Origin: the human T2T-CHM13v2.0 reference genome, Homo sapiens
NCBI RefSeq assembly: GCF_009914755.1
Contig: NC_060926.1
DNA: 64,000 bases
Reading direction: 5' to 3' (one strand)
Shown here: positions 53,961 through 64,000 of the stretch, piece by piece
Numbering within the stretch: position 1 is the stretch's first letter
How the letters are laid out: the number at the start of each line of letters is the position of its first letter
Notes under the pieces: generated by a model
Told to the model about the DNA's origin: nothing
Database searches by the model: none
What the model saw: only the letters and a program-made list of their open reading frames with translations
Position numbers and translations under genes: made by a program

Positions 53961-56904
53961 GTAATTTGGTAAATACTTCTTTCTGTCTTTTAGATTATAT
54001 TGTAGGTGACACAAACTGCTGAATGTAAGTTTTCTGTTGTGATTATAACCCTATAAAATTACATTGTGGCCGTCATGATTCAGTAATGTACACATGGACT
54101 TAAGCCATTGCAGGAAGCTGTTTCTGTTTGGGTTGAGGGAACTGAAAAGAAAAATAGAAATGTTTTACATTTCTTTATGAACTTTATTCAAAATTTAATT
54201 TCACTTTTCTTCCCTTTTGGAACAAAAAAATCTGTGGAAGCTTCAAGTGAGATTAGCAATGGTGACAGTATTTTCCCTTCAGAAGTTGCAGATTCAGGGC
54301 AAGTTTTCTATAAGTCAAAATGCTGGACATTATCCATTTCTTTTACTTTTCATAGTAATGATTTTATAAACACATTAAAGTACCTGACTTGGCATAAGTG
54401 ATAGGATCTCATACTTGACATGTAAATTAAATACAGTGGTTTGTTTGATACTCTAATTTGTCATCTCTATTTGTAATGGCAAAGAGGAATGATTGAGGTT
54501 AAAACCTACCTCTTTAGTGATAGAGGAATATATAATACCAAAATATTAATATGCTACAACTTTTCCATGTTAGCCTTATCGATTATCTTATACCGTAGTT
54601 CTTAAAAGCTGTGAATCTCACTGGAGATTTGGTTCATGGTCAGTTAAATCACATATTAAAGTCCTATGCATAGTTTCTGGTACATGCAAATAGTCCATCA
54701 ATGTTGCTGCCCGTTTCCCCCCTTCTTTGCCCTTAAAATATAGTTGGCTAGGAAATTTGTTCTATTAGATCCCTTCAACTATACCTTTCCTGCCAGTAAA
54801 TTAAAAGCATTGACCTTTTCGTCACTAGTTTAGAATCCTTATCCCTCCCTCACCCTCATGAATAACTCCTTGCAAGTATCTATTTGGATATCCTCTGTGG
54901 CTTAATACAGACCAGGAATTTCCCACTTAAACCTAAAAATCACTTGTTCTTGCTGCGTCTTCTGTACTTGGTTTACCTCTTTAGTATCGTTAGTGGAACC
55001 ACAGGATGTGAGCAGCATTACTTGTGCCATGCCCTTGAATAAAAATGGCACTTGAAGGATCAACCTGGTAATTACCTGGTAGGTTTTGCTTGTCCTCCCA
55101 CCTTAGCATTACCTGAAGGTGGTAGCCAGTAGTTTTGTGCATGGGTATGAAGGCACTTTAAGAAAGATGTTAATACTGACTTGTAATATGCAATGGTGTA
55201 AAAACAATTAAGCTGTGTTGCATTTTGTTACAATATTTTTTTAATTTTGTTTAGAAGAATTTTGAGGCCTTTCAGTTAATTTTTCTGGAAAAGCATCATC
55301 CATTTTTGCTTTTATTATTGTCCACTAATGATTTGAGAGGAATTGTCCAAGTTACTTATTGAGGCTTAATACCTTAACACTTTGTTTTTTTCCTTAGTTT
55401 CACAGGAAGGTTGTAGGGGATGTTCACTAGTGGGGATAAGAAAATGAGATGTTGAAGTGGCTTGGTCCCAAAAGGTGATTAGGAAAGAAAAATAATAGTA
55501 GTTAAGAATCTTAAGCCAAGAAATGGATTCTTTCTAGTATCTTCTCTTTAATAATCAGTACTATGCCAAAAAAAAAAAAAAAAGGCTACAAATCCTTCTG
55601 TTAATGGGTTGGTTTGCTTTCCATGGTTAGAGACGGGATTATCACAGTTGTCCATACACCTGACTGATAGTGAGTTAGTGTAATATATTCAGTGGTGTAA
55701 GGATTTCTGAGAGACCATGATTAAACCTAGAGGTAGCACCAGCCAAACGTGTGAGGCAAGAGCAGGCAGTTTTCTTTCAGTGTGATCATTTCCTTCATGA
55801 CTCATTTGGAATAGCTCCTTTTCTGAGGAACAAGCAATCATAATGGAGAAAGCAGCTTGACCCCATGGTTTGAATCGGCTTTATATCCTCAGCCATGTAT
55901 GGTCAGAATTTTGAACTGAGGTAAAGGATAGGGAGAGATTACTGCTGGTTTACATAACCCTTGGATAACAGTTTATTCTTGTTCTTACAGGTTGAAATGC
56001 TGTGCTTTTTGCTTGTAGAGTCTAGGGAAGTACTTTTCCTTGGACAATAAAAGATACGATTTTGCCACATAGGAAACTTCTTGGGAACTGAAAATGCAGA
56101 TCTTATTCACGTTTCTCTAGTTGCTTATTAAAACAACAAAAATGAAAATGAAATTGTGAATATCAATTGTTTTTGAAATTATCCATAGAACTGCTGGAAT
56201 ATGGGAAGATGGAAGTTTCTTTCCTACTGATTTTTGAAGTCAATTACTAATTATTTAGAATTGAAATCTAGAACTTCTTAAAAGTGTGTTTTGTTCAATG
56301 AGTAAAGCAAGCTTTGGCACTCATGTGAAAGAGGAAGTTCAGGACTTGCCACCCAGTTGTTTTATAAGACAGTGGCTAGAGTGACCTGACATGAGGAGTG
56401 TTTTTGAACCCAAGAATTTTTCCTGGTTATCTCAGATACACCGTAATTTGGCTTAGTTTTTTTTTATTAGAGTGTATTTTTAAATGGTGAAATTTGACCT
56501 TTATCAGTGATTCCAGAGTTATCCATTGTTTTCCATAATCACATGGAAAATAGTTTTGACACAAGGTATCAGTGTGTTCTTACAGTGCTTTAATTAAAAA
56601 CGTAAATGTTTACCCATCAATGGAGGTGGCTGGCAGTCTCGGAACTGATCATTTTTGAAAGGGCTGCTTTTTATTAATAACTCAGTTTCAGTAAACTAGA
56701 TGCACTTCAGTAATGCTCTAGCCATTAGGTATAAGTCCCCCTTTAAAAAGCACCATGTGTTTAACACTCGAGTAATCAAATAAAATCTGTAGTTTTAAAA
56801 ATTTTGTTCAAATTTTGGAAGAAGTTGTGCTTCCTATGGAGTTTGTTTAAAAGTTTATTTTGGGGATTCAGAATTTTGCATAAGTATATAACTCTATTTA
56901 TTAG

Positions 56905-57985
<1,081 letters not shown>

Positions 57986-59454
57986 TGAACCACTGCGCCT
58001 AGCCTGAAACTTTTAAGTTAACCAATTTTGGATTGGTTTGAATACATGAGGTCCATATATTGTTTACCTAGAAAACAAATATTCTAAACTTAAAATACTG
58101 TCATTTTCTCATTTATTTTTTCTTCGTGAATAAAAATTGATTCCTAAGATCCCTGTGAAAGAGAAGTTTAATGCTAGGTTGGAAATTTCTCATTTCAAGA
58201 CAACCTCCTCACTTCCGCTGCCATCCCCCCACATTCACTCTCCTTACCCCTATTCTCTGATGAGTGAACTTGATGTTGGTGCCCCTGATGTAAATGAGTG
58301 GCTGAGCACTCTTGAGGTGGTATTCCTCCATGATTGCTGTGAGAATTTATTTCCTAAGCCCAGTAAGGTGCTGATTATGGCCCCACAGAATTCATGAGCT
58401 GAACCAGGGAGTAAACTCCTGAGCTGGTTAAATTCTAGAGAATTTTCATAGAAAGGTCAAGCAAGATTCAGCTCCTTTATAATACTGGTAGCTTCTTCCA
58501 AATTTATAACTGGTTAGGAAGGGGTTGTGTGAGGAGGACACTAAAGGGGCCACATTGACTTCTTATGACTTTATGGTAACTTGTCCATAAAGTCTTAGGC
58601 CAGACCTTGTCTTTAAGGTCAGCCATAAATACACTAATCATATGGTTTCATATCCATCACACCTTTCATCCAAGGCTCTTTAATCAGTTTTACAGCTGTT
58701 ACCTCATTGGTCCATACTTGTTCAGTAAATAATTCGTAATTATTTTTATTCTCATTTTATAGACAGGTTAACCAGTAACAGGATGGTAAAGAATTTTATT
58801 CATTCCACAGTATATCAGTGGCAAAGCTGGACTTCACATTTCACTAACTTCTGCTTTAAGCAACCTATCATCTTTATATTGAGCTGAACTTTGGAAACCC
58901 CTTCCTAAAATCATTTGGTTGCTATTTAACAGTAGCATCTTGTACATGATAGTTACTTCAGGGAGTCAGAAGTTTGGGGAAGGGGGTTATTTTACTATTT
59001 AAAACAATATAGTCAAGCAACTTTACACAAAATTTTGGTGTATGCTACCCCTAGGGAAAACTGCAGGGGTGGGGTAGGGGTGCTACCTCCCCTGTTCTAC
59101 CCTTAGCCTACAGAAAGCTTTGTCGTATTATATAACGCAAATTCACATTGCATCGTGCAGCTGTTTTTGTATAAATAGACCCCTTTTATTTCTTGTCTTA
59201 AAATGGATTATTTTTCCACTAGAGAAGGCATGCTTCTTGGTTTGTCGCTTTACCTTGAACTCTATTTTAGGATTTACATTTATCTAACTCTTCAAATGGA
59301 CTAATTTTTTTAGTAGAGCCCAGTGAATTTTTCTGCCTTTCTACATCTCTCCTATCAACTTTGGAGAGAAAGAAGTTAAAAGAATTGTGTTGGTGTTGAA
59401 GTAGTTCTTTAAGACAAAAATATCTTATTCTTCTCTTATTGTTCCCTCTTTCAG

Positions 59455-59484
59455 ATCAACTCACAATGAAATGGAGAAGAATAG
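59455..59484 (+). CDS. MXD1: MXD1 exon 3 (30 nt, bHLH basic region); the gene continues beyond the window
   Basis: tttcag|A TCA ACT CAC AAT GAA ATG GAG AAG AAT AG|gtgagt; STHNEMEKN(R). Confidence 0.93.
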
Positions 59485-60127
59485 GTGAGTTGGGGATTTG
59501 GGAGGTGGAATGCGGGGAGCTTTGTTGCATTCTCTGTTCATGCAGTTCAAACTTGGTTGCTCTTTTTGACTCTTCCCACTAGTAGCACCTGATTTCAGAA
59601 TTCACCCAGCGCCCTCTAAGCAGCATCGCTCATAAATTACTTAGGTAGATGTAGAGCTTGCCAGTTAAAAGACCACACCCCTAACCCTCACCCGCACCAG
59701 CCCACTCCTGAAGAAGGCCTTTGAATGACTATTCCACAGACCAAAGCATTTTAGTCAGAGGCAACATTTCCACAAATAGTGTTTTTAAAAAAATTACATG
59801 CTACTGAATATAATTGGCAGTGTTATCTAAAATACATATACACAGATATATATACACATAATATACATGTAAGTATATATTAACACATGTGTATTAACGT
59901 GTATGTATGTGTATTTGCAGTTTACTTGTGAATGAAGAGTCTCAAAATTCAGGCAAATGTATGCATGGCAGAAATTGGAGATGGTGCCTAACTAGAGGAG
60001 GACTGCCACCCTCACTGGGCTCCATCTTGCCGCAGCCTGAGTGGAATCTCTCTCACCTGGATTGCCTCTTGCTGCTTACTTAAATCTTTATTTTCCAAAT
60101 CAAGTTGCCCCTCCTTCAGTGAGGCAG

Positions 60128-61010
<883 letters not shown>

Positions 61011-61299
61011 AACTAGCCTCATTCTGGTCTCTGAGCTCCCATCAATTTGAAATGCGGGCTACCCATCCAAATTGAGTGCTTTCTCAGTGCCCTGCATGAA
61101 CAAGAAAAGGATGTGTAATGATGGCTCTATAAAGACATGTGGTTATTTCCTGCCAACCCTCTTTGAAAAAGGAGCCTGACTCTGAAAGTCAGGATCTGAA
61201 TGATATTTATGTTTAATCAGTGAAAGGGCAGACTAAACCCTTCCCAGGCAGGTAGAATCCGGGAAGAGGGCGGTTAGCTTTACTCCACTATGGAATTTC

Positions 61300-61326
61300 G
61301 TGTGTGTGTGTGTGTGTGTGTGTGTG
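61300..61326. repeat. (GT)n microsatellite
   Basis: Seen directly. Confidence 0.9.
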
Positions 61327-62970
61327 ATGCTGAGTGTGCCTCACTGCATATATGCTTCTGCTCATCCCATCGTCTTCCCTTTTAATTGTTCTATGATTGT
61401 GACTGACCATGTTTTAAGTTGGAGCTTCCTTTATGCTTTAGCTATTTACATATCATGAACTAGAAACTCAAAAGTATCTCTTCTTAAAGGGGAAAGGTAG
61501 TCAGTTGTGGCTTCTCTTTCTCATTTTTAGATTTTCTCTTCAGATTCTCTCCCTTCTTCCTGCCTTTGCAGTGATGTGGGTAAACCGGGACTATTTCTGC
61601 TGAAAAGTCTTCTAGTTCTTCGCCCCTCTAATACTTTAGTTTGGTATTTATTTTTATTATTATTAAAATTTGATCGCTTCACATAAAGACTTACTAAAAC
61701 TTTGTGACTTTTGCCTCTGCAGGAATGCCACAGAATGTCAATTGTATTATTTATTATAGCACCTCAGGGATGTTTATTTTCTGTCTATGGTGGCCCCAGA
61801 ACTTGTACATGTTACTGGGTATTAAATGCGTTCATAGTAGGGTATTAAATCAGCAAGGTCCCCATCCCAGAAAAATGTGCAGTTTGTCCAATGGGAAAGA
61901 TGCAGAGACAGTTTCAGTTAATATACTAAGTGCTAAGATTGGGATGTGCACAAGAAGCTAGAGGTAAAAATTCTGGAAAACTGAACGTGAAGTCACCACT
62001 AGGCAAGCTGCCTGTAATTGAGCTTGCTTGTATATGACCAATCAACCTTTGCTTGTTGAAGGGTTAGTTATCTAGTTTCCTTCTTTTCTTTTTTGGAATT
62101 TGGTCTTTTAAGGTCTTGATAATCTTTCTAGTCTAGAGCATGTGAACAGAACAGAAGGAAAATCAGGACTCAGTTTACTTAATTTAAGCAAGCATTGGTT
62201 GCTGCAGTTCAGGGGAGGTTAAAGTTGCTGGGCTCCACTCTCTTATTAGCATGGATGCTTAAGAACTTCAGGGTTTGGAGGTCAGCTGAACAGCTGTTTT
62301 TGTACTCTCCCTGGTTTTAGTAGCTGAGTTCTATAAAAGAATACCACTCGGGTAAATGCTAATATACTTTAGCCATTTTTTACCTGATAACATTGCATAA
62401 AAAGATTATCATGGCTTTCATTGCTTCTTGGCCTTTTGGCTAAAATCAAGTGTAAAAAGATTGCCATGGCTCAAAAAAAAAAGGAAGAAGAAGAAAAGAC
62501 AACTTAGGAAAAGAACTTCTAACAGTGGGATTTTCCCTTTTCTTGATATTGCAGAGTTGATTATACTTGGGTTAGTTTTCTTGAATGGAAACCTTTTCTA
62601 TGGCACTTTAGAGATTCTAAATAATTAGTGTTACTCTATGTTATCAGGACTCCACTGTAAGGATATTATACCCAACACCAACACTTTGAAGTATCTTCGC
62701 ATTGGTGGGACAATAAAAGAAAAGACTTCTAGAATGGTGGTGGTGGTAGTATTTTCTACTCAACAGAATAGGTGTTGAGCACCTAAGATGCCGTGTAGTA
62801 GGTGCTGGGACTACAGAATCCAGTAAAGACTACGCACTGCTGTGGAGGAGCTCAGATTAATATCACTCTACAGGGGGTTTGTCAGTCAGCACATGGCCTG
62901 TGTTTCTCTGCATTTTAGCTAATTTTCTGGGTCTGATCTCCTAAGAAAACACCCTTGGGAGGGTGGGGTA

Positions 62971-62990
62971 TGTGTGTGTGTGTGTGTGTG
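62971..62990. repeat. (GT)n microsatellite
   Basis: Seen directly. Confidence 0.9.
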
Positions 62991-64000
62991 GTTTTTGTTT
63001 TCTTTTTTTAAACTAATCTTGCAGAAAATTTTGAGAAATATAGAAAATAATACTAAAAATTTAAATTGTCCATAGTTCTAGCACTCAGAGAAAACCAATG
63101 GAACTTGAAAATATATCTTTCCAATTGTTTTGGAAAAGAACTGAAAATATAGTTTTGTGTAGAAAGTTAGAAAATTCAGAAAAGCACAAAGAATATAAAA
63201 ATCACCTGTAATAGGCCTCTCAGAGGTAACACCTGCTAACATTTGTTCTATATCCATCTAGACTTTTGTGTGTACTTTTTTTTAACCAACATGGGATCAT
63301 ATAGTAATAATTTGTAGCATCTTTTCCAGTTATAAACATTTTCCAATGTCATTAAATCTCCTTTTTCAACATTACTTAATGCCCAGTATTATATTATATG
63401 AATATGTTAAACCTCATATAATCAGTCCCCTGGTTTAGATTCTTCCCAGAACCTAAACAATGCTTTCTTAAACCACCTGTAGAAAAATCTCTGTCCAACA
63501 TCATAATTATTTCCTTAGGATAAATGTATAGCTATGGAATTGGTGGTGAACACGTTTTTAGGATTGCTGGATTGTCCACCAGGCAGGTTACAGGCATTAT
63601 TTTCCCTGCACTTCACAAGTTGATGTTATAACTTAAAACCTTTATGAGTTTGATAAGTAAAAAATAAAAAAACACACAGGCAACTTGTTTTAATTTGCAT
63701 TTCTCATACTACTAGCATAGTTGAACAATTTTTATGTCTTTGACTCTGTGTGTCTCTTTGTGTGAATTGTCTATTAAATAGCCTTTGCCCAATTTTCTAC
63801 TAAAGAATTTATCTTTTTCTTTATTTTAAAAAGTTTCCATAATATAAAGGACATATATGAAAGATATTGACACTTTTTCTATCACATAACTGTCCAGTTT
63901 ATCATTTAGCTATACAGAATCAGTCTTCCCTCACTGATTCAAGTTGCTACCTTTGGTGTATACTTATTTTTGTTTATGGCTAAGTCTCTTTCTAGACTTA

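Overview
Primate (most likely human) genomic DNA; the gene order matches the human 2p13 interval. Three intron-containing genes lie on the + strand: the last four coding exons and 3'UTR of GMCL1 (3186-~19650), the complete SNRNP27 gene (6 exons, 468-nt CDS = 155 aa, 32269-42055) and the CpG-island promoter plus exons 1-3 of MXD1/MAD1 (from 53071). The rest is dense with Alu, L1, L2/MIR, MaLR LTR and DNA-transposon remnants. Most supplied ORFs are Alu, low-complexity or GC-rich artefacts. Most notable observations: (1) an RPL23A retrocopy that is spliced downstream but keeps the upstream intron end and a box C/D snoRNA 3' end (SNORD4A-like), i.e. a fossil of a snoRNA-retaining poly(A) transcript; (2) a candidate 86-nt NMD-triggering intron in the SNRNP27 3'UTR, with a 161-bp ~97% copy of that segment 6 kb downstream; (3) an apparent 1-nt frameshift in an A7 run shortening the GMCL1 C-terminus; (4) a ~750-bp phase-preserving compound CCT/CTG/TCT triplet repeat beside an Alu tail in SNRNP27 intron 4. 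Gene and repeat names come from recall of known sequences, not from searches; repeat boundaries are approximate.
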